A model generated the notes under the pieces. It did not search any database, had not been told where the DNA came from, and saw nothing but the letters and a program-made list of their open reading frames with translations. Of a DNA stretch of 64,000 bases, positions 1 through 10,600 are shown piece after piece (within the stretch, counting starts at the first letter, position 1; every line of letters begins with the position of its first letter). Position numbers and translations under genes: made by a program. The stretch lies in NCBI GenBank assembly GCA_965216565.1, contig OZ244170.1:1472001-1536000 (forward strand). Direction: 5' to 3'. The DNA comes from Bythopirellula sp. GTDB taxonomy: Bacteria; Planctomycetota; Planctomycetia; Pirellulales; Lacipirellulaceae.

Positions 1-2131
1 ACCCTTTAGCACTGGCGGCAATTGCTTTGTTAAGTGCTCCGTTCGATCGAAATAGTCGAAAGCAGACGGTTCCAATTACGAAAAGTGAGCTTATCAGGGA
101 TAACCTTCCGAGCGAGTTGATACTTATCTCGTCGTTGCCAATCTCAACACCGACGGCAATCGCCAGTAGCGGTAGCGCCAATAGTTCTAAGGTACGTGCA
201 GCTCGACGAATGGCGGCCAAACCTTTAATGTCCCAGCCAAAGTGGTTTGCACCCAAACCGCCTTGGCGAGAGGCGTGCCTGGCCAGATTCAGCATGGCGT
301 AGGCGGCAGCAAAGAGCATGAGCGCCCAACCAGTGGAAAATGCGAGCGCGCTAGTGCCGCGACTCAATCGCCAGCCCACAAACCCAAAGCAGGTTGGTAT
401 AGGTAGAGCCATAAACATGGTGGCGAGTGATGCCAACACGGTTGGCCGGAACTTGGTAGCAGTTGGCTTCGCGGCTGCTTCTCCTGTTTCTCGCAGAAGC
501 GTGCGGGCACGTGAACGCCCCACCACAAGCGTAGTGGCTAACAGCAGGCCAAATCCCCACCAATGGGCACGTCGTTGAATGTCTCGTGATAGTATCATCC
601 CCAGACTCTTAACTTGTGCTAGGCGGTTAGGAGCGTTACTCCAGAAGTCTTTCGTATGTTGCAGTTCTGGTAGACCAATCGTCGGTGCGCTACGAACCCA
701 GAGTATTTGTTCGGCTATGAAATCAGAGAGTTCTTCAGTTGTTGAAACGACTTCACTCTCGGCGGCATCAAGTTCTTCAATACGGCTCAGGCTGTCACTA
801 GCATTGGCGATCAATTCAGCAAGGATTTCCGTGCGTGCTTCGAAAATCCGACGTAATTCCTTAGCTGCAGCGTCGGACAACTCGATCGACTCATCTGCGA
901 GCTGCTGTTTTGCTTGCTCTACCTGCTCATCACAGTGTAGGCACTCTCGGCGAAGTGATTCCCATTCGTAAACGTCCAATCCTAGTTGCGAAGCTTCGAC
1001 AGGCCGATGACCAAGGCGATCTCGAATTGGTGCGAGAGCCGGAAGCTGATCTTGTTGAGTGCGTAACATCGCCCCAATTGCCGTAGAGTGTTGCCCCGCA
1101 TCCGCACGTTTGGTGACATCGGTCAGACGATTCTTCATCGTTTGTCCTAACTCCTTCGCCTCCGTCAGCCGCGCGGTAAGTTGTTGCAATCGTAACACAA
1201 TTTTCTCGTTTCGATCGGCTAATTGTGCATTAAGAGCTGCAGCAGACTGCACTGCCGGGTGAGCGTTAATTGCAGTCATGCGAGCTGACTGCGCTTGCTT
1301 CTCCGCCTCCTGGCGTTTCGCCTCTGCCACCTGCTCTTTGACCGCTTGATGCTGTGAGACAACAGCTTGCAATTCTCTTTCGGCAGCATCTCTGCGTGCC
1401 AACCAGAGTCGAGAATTGGATTCGTACGTTAGGACTTCTTGTTCAAGCCATTGGTATTCGACCGACAAGTAATCACGGCGAGCCAAGTGATAAAGCTGCT
1501 TTGCTTCCGTTAGTATTGACACGCTCTTTTCGAGAGGTTGTCCGAGTGTGTTTGCCAAGGAATCATACTGCTCTCGATTTTTGGTCAACAGCTCTGGAAG
1601 GACCTTGCGACGTTCGGCCCGACGTTCAATTTCTGCCGTTACTTTCACCACTTTTTCTTTCGCAAGCGAAAGTTGCTGACCTAACGTTGTCAGGTAGTTG
1701 CGAAGTTGGTCGACTGAGGGTACTGCGGGCAGTTGCTGAATATCAACTGCAAGGCCGACGGGCTGCTGCAGCTTCTCAATTTCTGAACTAGAAAGCTCTA
1801 GTTCTTTCTTGAGAGCCTCAGTAGTTGCAGCTAACTTCTCTGCGTCGGCAAGCTTCGTTGCAGTTTTGTCACAAAATTCATTGGCTTCTGCGCGAGTCTC
1901 CTCGGTGCCTTCCTCGGCAATGTCGCAACGCTTCCGTAAGCGCGCTATCGCCTCAGATGAAACTTGATGCAACTCAACTCCAACGACTTCCCCCGAGGTA
2001 GATTCCGCGGCTAGTGCGGTTTGCGCTGCTACGGAATCCGCTGCTTGCACCTCTGCAATTGCTAGCTGACTACTGAGCGATAAAAGCGAGCAAAGGCTGC
2101 ATAATGCCAGTAGGTATCGATTACTTGTCAC
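1..2131 (-). CDS. MscK/MscM-like large mechanosensitive channel (MscS family), 3'-truncated by the window edge
   Basis: Absent from the ORF track because it runs off the edge. Manual translation from GTG 2131 (AAGGAAG upstream) gives a signal peptide (MTSNRYLLALCSLCSLLSLSSQLAIA), a helical region, then LSDFIAEQILWVRSAP in frame near 700, which matches LTNFIDENVLWVRS of the 7626..11117 protein. Only parts were translated. Confidence 0.8.
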   Translation of the reverse strand, partial: MTSNRYLLALCSLCSLLSLSSQLAIAEVQAADSVAAQTALAAESTSGEVVGVELHQVSSEAIARLRKRCDIAEEGTEETRAEANEFCDKTATKLADAEKLAATTEALKKELELSSSEIEKLQQPVGLAVDIQQLPAVPSVDQLRNYLTTLGQQLSLAKEKVVKVTAEIERRAERRKVLPELLTKNREQYDSLANTLGQPLEKSVSILTEAKQLYHLARRDYLSVEYQWLEQEVLTYESNSRLWLARRDAAERELQAVVSQHQAVKEQVAEAKRQEAEKQAQSARMTAINAHPAVQSAAALNAQLADRNEKIVLRLQQLTARLTEAKELGQTMKNRLTDVTKRADAGQHSTAIGAMLRTQQDQLPALAPIRDRLGHRPVEASQLGLDVYEWESLRRECLHCDEQVEQAKQQLADESIELSDAAAKELRRIFEARTEILAELIANASDSLSRIEELDAAESEVVSTTEELSDFIAEQILWVRSAPTIGLPELQHTKDFWSNAPNRLAQVKSLGMILSRDIQRRAHWWGFGLLLATTLVVGRSRARTLLRETGEAAAKPTATKFRPTVLASLATMFMALPIPTCFGFVGWRLSRGTSALAFSTGWALMLFAAAYAMLNLARHASRQGGLGANHFGWDIKGLAAIRRAARTLELLALPLLAIAVGVEIGNDEISINSLGRLSLISSLFVIGTVCFRLFRSNGALNKAIAASAKG

Positions 2132-2295
2132 CAAAAACACCTTCCTTGGGCCGAGTCGCTGAGGAGACCTCGTAACTCTCATCAAATGCTGCAGTACGCT
2201 AGCAGCCAATCACCCTGGTTCCATCCAGGGCAACATGGGAAGATACGGTGAACAGGCCAGGAGGGCTAGAGCAGCTTTGTTCCAGCAGGCTAGCT

Positions 2296-2760
2296 TTAGT
2301 TGCCACCTTCTCCGCCGATATCTTGGGAGAACGCGTCCTGGATAAGCTGACTCTCTTTGTGTAGGTGCGTATCTAGCGACTTCAAAAATGCTGCAAGCTC
2401 GGCACAGAGTTGTTCAAATTCTGCAAGTTTGTCAGGAAGCGTTCTTTCCAACTGGGTAACGATTTGGTGTAGCTTTTCGCGTAGCGTAGCGTGCTCCTTC
2501 TGCAATGCCTCAATCTTACTTGCCAAATGGGGAGCCACTTCTACGGCCATGTCCATATAGCCATCGTGTTCCTCAATCGCGAACATGCGGTCAATTTGCT
2601 GCTGGAACCAACTCGTCAAGAACCGCAGTCCTGAGAGCTTGCGAGTGAACAGCGTTCCTTCAATCGGCCAATCAATCATCGACAATAGTGCTTTACGCGT
2701 GTGTTCTAACGCCTTGTTTTCAATGCGGCACTGCTTCAAAATTCCTTTGTCGTCAACCAT
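2296..2760 (-). CDS. Hemerythrin-like four-helix domain protein
   Basis: Motifs EH..., FAIEEHDGYM, KEHATL, THLHKES; paralog of 23349..23828. Confidence 0.65.
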   Translation of the reverse strand: MVDDKGILKQCRIENKALEHTRKALLSMIDWPIEGTLFTRKLSGLRFLTSWFQQQIDRMFAIEEHDGYMDMAVEVAPHLASKIEALQKEHATLREKLHQIVTQLERTLPDKLAEFEQLCAELAAFLKSLDTHLHKESQLIQDAFSQDIGGEGGN

Positions 2761-2845
2761 TAGTAAAACTCCTAATCAAAAATTCTCGTGTGATATTAGA
2801 TTTCGCTTCTGTATGAAAAAGCAAGCACCTCCAGATTCTGTTAAA

Positions 2846-3298
2846 TCACGCTGCCGGTGGCGTGGCGAGTGGAGCAAGAGCTTTGCGACCGACGATTTCG
2901 CCTCGACATACAATTGCCCCGCAGCAACACATAAACGAACGAAACAACACATCTTCTGTCTGTTCGTAGTCCATTGTCAGCAAACTACCAGCGGCGATAT
3001 TTCGCTCCGCGATAAACAGCCACGAACTGGTATCAAACCAAGAATTAGGATCACAACTATGTAGCACTTTGCCAGCAAAGTAAGGGTCGTCCAAGTGTGT
3101 GTCGGGTCCAATTTGCAACGTGGATTGGGTAATCTCATTAGTAATGACTCCATTCATGCGGAAGAGAATCTCGCCGCGATGAAAGGGGCGTAGAACGCGA
3201 ACGCCTTGTCCACGCTGAGGGTCTACGTCGATCACTTCAAAATCTTCGATTTGCGGTTCCAATGGAACCGGCTTGAGATGCGAAGGGTAAATTCTCAT
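2846..3298 (-). CDS. SET-domain protein with post-SET Cys cluster
   Basis: GQGV...F.RGEIL, LHSCDPN (canonical NHSCxPN), LLTMDY (canonical ELTxDY), post-SET FMCCCGAIVCRG. Confidence 0.85.
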   Translation of the reverse strand: MRIYPSHLKPVPLEPQIEDFEVIDVDPQRGQGVRVLRPFHRGEILFRMNGVITNEITQSTLQIGPDTHLDDPYFAGKVLHSCDPNSWFDTSSWLFIAERNIAAGSLLTMDYEQTEDVLFRSFMCCCGAIVCRGEIVGRKALAPLATPPAA

Positions 3299-3687
3299 TT
3301 CCTATAAATCACCTCCAATTCTATGACTTTGGGTCCGAAGAAAAGCTTCGTCACCCGTTCGACGGTTTCAGTATTAAACGGCTTGCAGCTAAAGACATCC
3401 AAATACATGTCGCGATGCGCGTCGTTTGTATGCAGCATGATGGCACTTGTTTGGATGAGCTGAACGCCAGAGATACCTGTTTCGATGCCTTCGCCAAAAC
3501 GAGCCACAAACGGCAACCCAAAGCTAACCATGTCGATTTCATCCACCATCTTCTGTAAGAAATCAAATAGGACCTCTATCGAAAGCAGTTGATCGTTGCA
3601 GCTACGGGCAGTGACCAGAGCATGTTGCCCATAGTGAGGTTGTCCGTTGTGCTGGATGCGTCGATATTCGGGTAGCGCAGAGGGCAT
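3295..3687 (-). CDS. S-adenosylmethionine decarboxylase family (pyruvoyl-dependent) proenzyme
   Basis: YGQH, GISGVQLIQTSAIMLHT, YLDVFSCKPF; ATG at 3687 after GGAG; ATGA overlap with the SET gene. Confidence 0.8.
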   Translation of the reverse strand: MPSALPEYRRIQHNGQPHYGQHALVTARSCNDQLLSIEVLFDFLQKMVDEIDMVSFGLPFVARFGEGIETGISGVQLIQTSAIMLHTNDAHRDMYLDVFSCKPFNTETVERVTKLFFGPKVIELEVIYRK

Positions 3688-3709
3688 AACATTCTCCAAG
3701 CGAGAAAAA

Positions 3710-3823
3710 CGATTCGAGGAAGAATCGAGAGAGAACCTGAGAGCAGTAACTGCAAGGAAGCAGCCCAGATTGTCAGAGAGAGACCGAACGTTCCGATCAG
3801 CAATCGGAGGCGGTCTTTGTCAG
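3710..3823 (-). promoter_or_regulatory. Tandem structured 5' leader upstream of the AdoMetDC-like gene (candidate cis-regulatory RNA)
   Basis: Two units, each CUGACAA + closing stem + inner hairpin + CUCU; G-U pairs favour the minus (mRNA) strand. Confidence 0.45.
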
Positions 3824-3978
3824 TTCAACTATGATTATATTATGTCGTAACGCAAAGTATTCAAGATGCTTTTTACAGAGATTATCCTTAAGGTAGCTGC
3901 ATGCTATCATGAAATTAGAATGGTTGTAGCAGGACGACACGCTAACCAATAAATTGTCCCTAATTACAAAATTGTTAT

Positions 3979-5160
3979 TTATTCAGGTCGTATCGTTACA
4001 TCATTTTGCAGAGAGTCCGTGATTTGATGTCTAGACGCATTGCTCTGGGAACTGCTCGCTACATCACCATTCGCTGCGGGGCCCGATAGCCATCCACGTC
4101 GCCAGAAGAAACCAATCAAACCCGTAGCCACCGCAACCATCAACGTAAGCGCTAACGGGTAACCAAGCGCCCAGTCCAATTCCGGCATCATTTTGAAGTT
4201 CATTCCGTAGACGCCGGCAATAAAGCTGAGTGGAATGAATATGGTGGCGATAATAGTCAACACTTTCATGACTTCATTCATGCGATTGCTAACCGCTGAA
4301 AGGTAAAACTCGCGTAGGTTGCCGCACATCTCGCGGTAGGTGTCGAGCGAGTCTAATATTTGCACGACGTGGTCGTAGCAATCTCGAAAATAAAGTTGTG
4401 TCTCTTCAGAAACTAGTGAGTGCGAATCACGCATCAGCATCACAAGTTCGTCCCGCAGTGGCCGTATCGCCCGTCGTAACATCATCAGGTCACCACGGAT
4501 TTCGTGAATGTGCTCCATCAGTTGAGGATTGCACTCCGACAAGATGGTTGCATCGAGGTGTTCGAGGCGTTCACCATACTCGTCTACAATTGGAAAATAG
4601 AAATCAACAACGGCGTCGAGTAGGGCGTATACAAGGTAGTCGGAGCCTGAGGTTCGAATGCGACCACGCCCCTTGCGTAGACGCTCTCGCACGGGATCAA
4701 GGCAGTCTCCTTGTCGCTCCTGAAAGGTCAGTACGAAGTTCTTGCCGACGAACATGCTAATTTGCTCCGTCTCCATGATGTCGTTCCACGACATCATTCG
4801 GGCGACGATGAAAAGATGGTCGCCATACTCCTCGACCTTCGCACGTTGATGAACGTTCACTACATCCTCCAAGGCCAGAGTGTGTAGGTCGAATATCTCA
4901 CCGAGCTTCTCAACTTTTCTTGCATCGCCTAATCCAACTACGTCAACCCAAGTGACACCTGAAGAGGCAACGTAATGCCGTAGCTGCTCGAGTTCGTGGA
5001 CTTCCTCTTCCTTGATTATGGCCCGATCGTAGTGCATGATGCGCACCACGGGCTGCGGAGCACCGGGGTGGACTACCACTGAACCTGGAGAACTTCCTGG
5101 AGTCGTCATTCGCTGAACACGGACACTTCGCCGATGTCTGCGTTTACGTTTTTTTACCAT
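3979..5160 (-). CDS. corA: Magnesium/cobalt transporter CorA
   Basis: LHTLALEDV, MNEVMKVLT, YGMNF signature, two C-terminal TM helices. Confidence 0.93.
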   Translation of the reverse strand: MVKKRKRRHRRSVRVQRMTTPGSSPGSVVVHPGAPQPVVRIMHYDRAIIKEEEVHELEQLRHYVASSGVTWVDVVGLGDARKVEKLGEIFDLHTLALEDVVNVHQRAKVEEYGDHLFIVARMMSWNDIMETEQISMFVGKNFVLTFQERQGDCLDPVRERLRKGRGRIRTSGSDYLVYALLDAVVDFYFPIVDEYGERLEHLDATILSECNPQLMEHIHEIRGDLMMLRRAIRPLRDELVMLMRDSHSLVSEETQLYFRDCYDHVVQILDSLDTYREMCGNLREFYLSAVSNRMNEVMKVLTIIATIFIPLSFIAGVYGMNFKMMPELDWALGYPLALTLMVAVATGLIGFFWRRGWLSGPAANGDVASSSQSNASRHQITDSLQNDVTIRPE

Positions 5161-5439
5161 GTGTTAAGTCCATGTGCGACGCGGGAATGTCAGTTCGTTT
5201 CGGATTGTCGGCTGCCAGCGGTATACTAGTCCAGTAAGTACTAATTCTAGTGACTGACCGTCGGATATCCGCGTTTGTTACATTCTAGTTTCTTGACTTA
5301 GTAATTACACCCAAGGGCAAGTTCGCTGCAGCTTCTGCCAGTTAGATGGTGACCGTAGCGTTATAGCTGGGCGTAATCCTAACCAATTACCTTGAATAGA
5401 TTCACGATGCTGAGATCATTCGACTCTGCTATTCCGTTA

Positions 5440-6483
5440 TTACAGCGTACACATGTCGACGTTATCGAAGTTACGCCCATAGTAGTGCATGTATTCGACC
5501 TTCTTTTCTATAGCTTCGATCACCAGGGTCGAAAAGTTGACCTTCTCGAACTGCTGGGCGCTACCTAACCCACCAGGGCTAAATACGTTGATTTCCATTA
5601 ACTTGTTGCCGACGATGTCGAGACCAACTAGGAACATGCCATCTTGTACGAGCTTGGGGCGGACAATCTCTGCAATTTGCAGGTGTGTTGCGGTGATTTC
5701 CGCAGCCGCTTTCGAGCCCCCTGCATGAACGTTGCTACGCATGTCGCCGCCACTCCGCACGCGACGGAAGGCGGCATATTTTTTGCCGATTCGTAGGGGG
5801 CGGCCGTTCATGACAAACAGTCGCATGTCGCCTTCTTCGGCTGCAGGTAAATACTCTTGAGCAATTACGAACCCATCCCGGCTGACCGCGTCGATCATCT
5901 GATTCAAGTTGGGAATATCTGCCTGGCGAATCAGAAACACGCTAGCACCTCCAGAGCCTTGAAGCGGTTTGACCACGATGGTTCCTAGCTCTTGTGCAAA
6001 ATGTTTGATTTCATCACGATCGCGAGTGATTAATGTTTGAGGACGCACGGTTTCTGGAAACAATTGAAAGTACATCTTGCTAGATGCTTTAGCTAAGCCG
6101 TTTGGGTCACTGAGGATGATCACGCCATGCCGCATGGCGACACGGGCGAATTCTGTTGCGGCAGTGCTGGCCCAGGGACGACTGAGATAGTCATCGGAGG
6201 GCACGTTACGTAGAACTAGGACGTCCAATTCATCCGCCGTGATTCGGCGTTTGACTGCCTTTTTGCTTTGCAAATCTGCAGTAAAACTGTCGGAGCTACC
6301 GTACTTTTCTTTGGGAACTGATGTTGCTCGCGCGCGAACCATGTCGTCGGGATCGTAAGCCAAGTCTCCAACACCCATCACCCAAACTTCATGGCCGCGA
6401 TTCACTGCCGCCTGCCCGAGACGCATCGTCGTGAATTTCTTTTCCTCGGTTTGAACGTCGTTGACGATGAATCCTATTCGCAT
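5440..6483 (-). CDS. Glutathione synthetase (GshB)-like ATP-grasp ligase, copy 2 (347 aa)
   Basis: VVKPLQGSGG, QEYLP, GDMRL, RSNVHAGG, GLDIVG, EINVFSPGG; start refined to ATG 6483 after AAGGA. Confidence 0.85.
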   Translation of the reverse strand: MRIGFIVNDVQTEEKKFTTMRLGQAAVNRGHEVWVMGVGDLAYDPDDMVRARATSVPKEKYGSSDSFTADLQSKKAVKRRITADELDVLVLRNVPSDDYLSRPWASTAATEFARVAMRHGVIILSDPNGLAKASSKMYFQLFPETVRPQTLITRDRDEIKHFAQELGTIVVKPLQGSGGASVFLIRQADIPNLNQMIDAVSRDGFVIAQEYLPAAEEGDMRLFVMNGRPLRIGKKYAAFRRVRSGGDMRSNVHAGGSKAAAEITATHLQIAEIVRPKLVQDGMFLVGLDIVGNKLMEINVFSPGGLGSAQQFEKVNFSTLVIEAIEKKVEYMHYYGRNFDNVDMCTL

Positions 6484-6537
6484 GATGTTTTCCTTTATCT
6501 CTAATACCATTTAATCAAGTGATGCGTGCGATAATGG

Positions 6538-7581
6538 CTACAGAGTACACATGTCGACGTTGTCAAAGTTGCGGCCATAGAACTCCATGTAGCCAGCCTT
6601 CCGTTCCAGAGCACCGATCACATATTTGTTGAAGTTGATTTTGGTGAATTTTTGAGCGCTCCCGAGCCCACCAGGACTGAAGACGTTGATCTCCATGAGC
6701 TTGTCTCCCACGATATCCAGACCGACGAGAAACATGCCGTCCTGCACCAATTTCGGCCGTACTATTTCGGCGATTCTGAGATCTTTTTCGGTCACTTCAG
6801 CCGCAGCAAGTTTGCCGCCCGCATGAATGTTGCTACGCATGTCCCCCCCCATGCGAACTCTACGGAATGCGGCATACTTTCCTTTTACTTGGAGAGGGCG
6901 GCCGTTCATGACAAACAACCGCATGTCACCCTCTTCAGCGGCGGGTAGGTATTCCTGGCAGATCACATAGCCATCGCGACTCACAGCGTCGATCATCTGG
7001 TTCAGGTTGGGTATGTCCGACTCTTGTATCAGAAAAACCCCCGTCCCCCCCGAACCTTGGAGAGGTTTCAGGACGCAGCGTCCCTCCGACTTAGCAAAAT
7101 CTCGAATCTCTTCACGATCGCGAGTAATCAACGTTCTCGGACGCACTTCTTCAGGAAACAATTGGAAGTACATCTTCGTCGAGGCTTTTGCCAGACCGTT
7201 GGGGTCATTAACTACGATCACGCCATTGCGCATCGCCACTCGTCCAAATTCAGCGGCTGCAGTTGCAGCCCATGGCCGTTTGAGATAATCGTCTGATGGC
7301 ACGTTGCGGAGCATCAAAACATCGAGTTCGTCGACCGTGACTCGCTTTTTTACACTCTTGGGGCCTTGCAGGTCTCGAAGAAAAGTCTCTTGCGACTTGT
7401 ATTTTGTCTGCGAGACAGTACGTGCTCTCGCTCGTACGAGTTCGTCCGGATCGTAGGCGATGTCACCTACGCCAAAGACGTAGGCCTCGTGCCCTTGGTT
7501 GACCGCTTCGCAGGCGAGCCGCGTCGTGGTGAATCCAGCTTCTTCAGTGGCAATATCGTTGACGATAAATCCTATTTTCAT
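6538..7581 (-). CDS. Glutathione synthetase (GshB)-like ATP-grasp ligase, copy 1 (347 aa)
   Basis: Same ATP-grasp motifs; start refined to ATG 7581 (MKIGFIVND) after AAGGA. Confidence 0.85.
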   Translation of the reverse strand: MKIGFIVNDIATEEAGFTTTRLACEAVNQGHEAYVFGVGDIAYDPDELVRARARTVSQTKYKSQETFLRDLQGPKSVKKRVTVDELDVLMLRNVPSDDYLKRPWAATAAAEFGRVAMRNGVIVVNDPNGLAKASTKMYFQLFPEEVRPRTLITRDREEIRDFAKSEGRCVLKPLQGSGGTGVFLIQESDIPNLNQMIDAVSRDGYVICQEYLPAAEEGDMRLFVMNGRPLQVKGKYAAFRRVRMGGDMRSNIHAGGKLAAAEVTEKDLRIAEIVRPKLVQDGMFLVGLDIVGDKLMEINVFSPGGLGSAQKFTKINFNKYVIGALERKAGYMEFYGRNFDNVDMCTL

Positions 7582-7625
7582 CCAAGCGTTCCTTTGACTG
7601 AGTTTTTCGTATGAGTGATTCTGCG

Positions 7626-10600
7626 TTAGTTCGATGGAGCTGTAGTTTCTCGTCCGTCGGCATTTGTCTGCTGAGGCTGGAACCAAAACTCACGTGAGGC
7701 ACTATTTGCGGCATGAATATGCAAATCCCGTTGTGGGAAAGCGATGGTAATGCCCGCGGCAGCAAACTCGCGTGCAATTGCCGCATTGAGTTCGTGCAGC
7801 CCCTTGAGTCGATCTCCGATGCGTGCGTGATAGACACGCAGAGAAAAAATCAGCGAGCTGTCGCCAAATTGCTGCAAGAGGGCAACTGGCTTGGGTGAAT
7901 TAAGAACTCGCGGATTTTCACTCGCAACTTTAAGTAGCAAGTCACGAACCTGATCAGGGTCGGAGCCATACGCGACTCCAACCTCAATCACACGCCGGTT
8001 GGTCTTGTTCTGCAGAGTCCAGTTCAGCAAGCGACCTGTGGCGAATTCCTTGTTCGGCACCACCAGATCCTTGCGATCCCAGTCGGTAATTGTCGTCGCC
8101 CGCATGCGAATCGATTGCACAACGCCAGTCGTATCACCAATCGTAATCACATCTCCGACGCGCATTGGACGCTCAAAGAGAATGATCAAGCCAGAAATGA
8201 AATTGGCAAAAATTTCCTGCAAGCCGAAACCTAAACCGAGCGACAGAGCGGCGGCCATCCATTGCACTTTGCCCCAACCGATTCCTAAGCACCCGGCTGC
8301 GAAGATGGCAGCAGCAATCCAGAGCGTATAGCGAGCAATGGTCGTGATCGAATTCCGTAGCGAACTATCGAGAGCTAATTGGTCGAGCACCGGCAGCTCG
8401 AACAATCCATCCAGATAACGCGAAGCCATTACAGTGCTGATCACCACAAACATCGCCAGCAACAGGTCACCCAATGTCACAGGTACTAAGGTGGGAACTC
8501 TCACATCAGGCGCGGGCGATTCAGTTCCAAGCGGTGCAGAGGGTTGGCTAGTTATAACTTCTGTTTCCCACAGTGTCGTATTGCTGACGGCATGGAGCGC
8601 AGGAAAGACGTCGCTCCAAATCCACCAGCCTCCCAGCAGCAGCACTAGCACCAGTAGCGAGGTCACTAGAGACTGTATCTTGTCCTCTGGTTTATCCAAC
8701 TGAACAAACCAACCATCTCCCGTGTCAGGTAGCGGAAAAGTTCCCTCGCTGCTCTCCTTTTCACGATTCGACAACGCAGTGGCAGCTCGTTGACGAGCAA
8801 CAGTTTGAATAGCTCGTCGGCGAGCGATCAAACGACTACCATGTAGCAACAACGACCCGACGACGAACAGGCAGGCCATCAGCAGAAATGTTGAGCGTAC
8901 TTCCTGCCCCAAACGTTCCGCCGAGTAGGTGTACCCCACGATCGCAAGAACGCCGAGCGTTAGGTGTGCCCCCACTCCGACGAGGTAGAGAGGCCAACGC
9001 AATCGATGTAGCAGCGTCTTTTCGCTTGGCTTGGCCGCACGATAGAGTATGCCCGAGTTCGGCCTCAACAATTGCTCGCTAAAGAGTGCGACTACCAAGA
9101 CATTCACGACGTAACAAAGTCTGCCCAGTGAGTCCTGCAACCGCACATCGTCCTGGGCATTCAGTGTCGTCATGATAAGAATAAGTGGAAGAACGACGAC
9201 CGCTAACGGAAACAGCGCTCTCCGCATAGCTGCGATACCCGGGGCAGACCAGCCAAGATGTCGGCGGGCAAAGCCTTTACGTCTGCAGAGCCGAATGAGC
9301 ACTGCCAGAGGTAATAAGCATATCGCGACGTTGATCAGACCAATCCCGACTGCTCGTTCATATCCCTCAGAATTTCCAGCGTTGACTAATCGCTGACCTG
9401 CGAAGGCTAAAAACAGCGGCAATGGCACGGCACACAGAGCGACTCGCAGTAGATCACGTAGAATTCGCCAATATCTCGATGGCCTCTGTGCAGACGATTG
9501 AGGCAAACTATGACGAATCGTCATTTGCCAGCCTAGTGTGCGTGCAGAAAGCAACGATATAGCAACCAAACCAAAAGGCAAGGGGTGCTTCGCATAGTCA
9601 GCAGAGATCGTATTCCAAGTTTGTCGGAGAAATCCACCTTGAAAGAAATCTCGTATTCCGTCAAAGGAGGCAGCAACAGAGCTTGACGACATGCTTTCGG
9701 TGCTGCGTACCCAAAGAACGTTTTCGTCAATGAAGTTGGTCAGGCTGCTGATGTCCTGAGCAAGTTGGCGTTGGGCTTCATCAAGGGCTAGTAATTGCTC
9801 AAGATAGACTTTGTAATCCTCTAGGAGCAAATCAACGTAACGTCGCTCCGCGTTTAACAAACGCTCCCAAGTTTTACGAGGATTCTCGCTCGCCTGCTTT
9901 TCGTCTGGCAACTTTCCCTGCGTAATTAGCCGGTTCATCTCATTCTCGACATTGGCTAGGTCAGAGCGTCGATCCTGGAGTTCGAGCAGGGCCAGTTGCG
10001 CCGTTTTCAGTGTTTGCTGACGGAGGTCAATTTCACGCTCATGCTGGTCGATGCGTGGAAGCTCAGACTTTTGCTTACGCATAAGCAAGCCGATGGTCCC
10101 TGTAAGTCCAACTGCCTCGACTTTGCGGCGAATCCTACCTTGTTGTTGATTGAGCTGGGTCGCTGTTGAATTGATCGCTGCCAGTGCATCGTTCGTAGTG
10201 TCAATCTGCTGACGTAATTCTTGGCGACGCTCCACCAATGCCAGATTAGTGCTCGCAAGGTCTGCAAACTGTGGTAAACCGGTGTTTCTATTAGTTTCTT
10301 CTTTGGCCTCAATCAGATGCAGGGCAACTTCGGTTGTTCGTTTGCGATTCAACTCACCCTGTAGCGTCTTGGCGATTTTGTGCAATCGGGCAACGCGGTT
10401 TGCCGCTACGTCTCGCTGCAATGGCAACAAGTCGATCGTTGCCTGATAGGCCTTTAGTTCGATGGCACCCACATCAATTGCCGACTGAGTGGCTCGAATG
10501 CTAGCCTCCAATTGAACTCGTTTTGCAGCCGCCAATTCAGGTGGATCGTTGGTCTTGTCTATTAGCTTGAGGGTTTGTTCGTCCTGCTGTAGCTTCTCAC

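Noticed and set aside
27..1791. Plus-strand ORFs in the first 1.8 kb
   Set aside because: Antisense shadows of the minus-strand MscK-like gene.
3733..3745. CUCUCAGG suggesting a glycine riboswitch
   Set aside because: The matching GGAGA and GAAG aptamer elements are absent on that strand.
5161..5439. M-box riboswitch before corA
   Set aside because: No recognisable consensus.
5440..7581. Assigning the gene symbol gshB
   Set aside because: Substrate motifs diverge, the gene is duplicated and no gshA is nearby.
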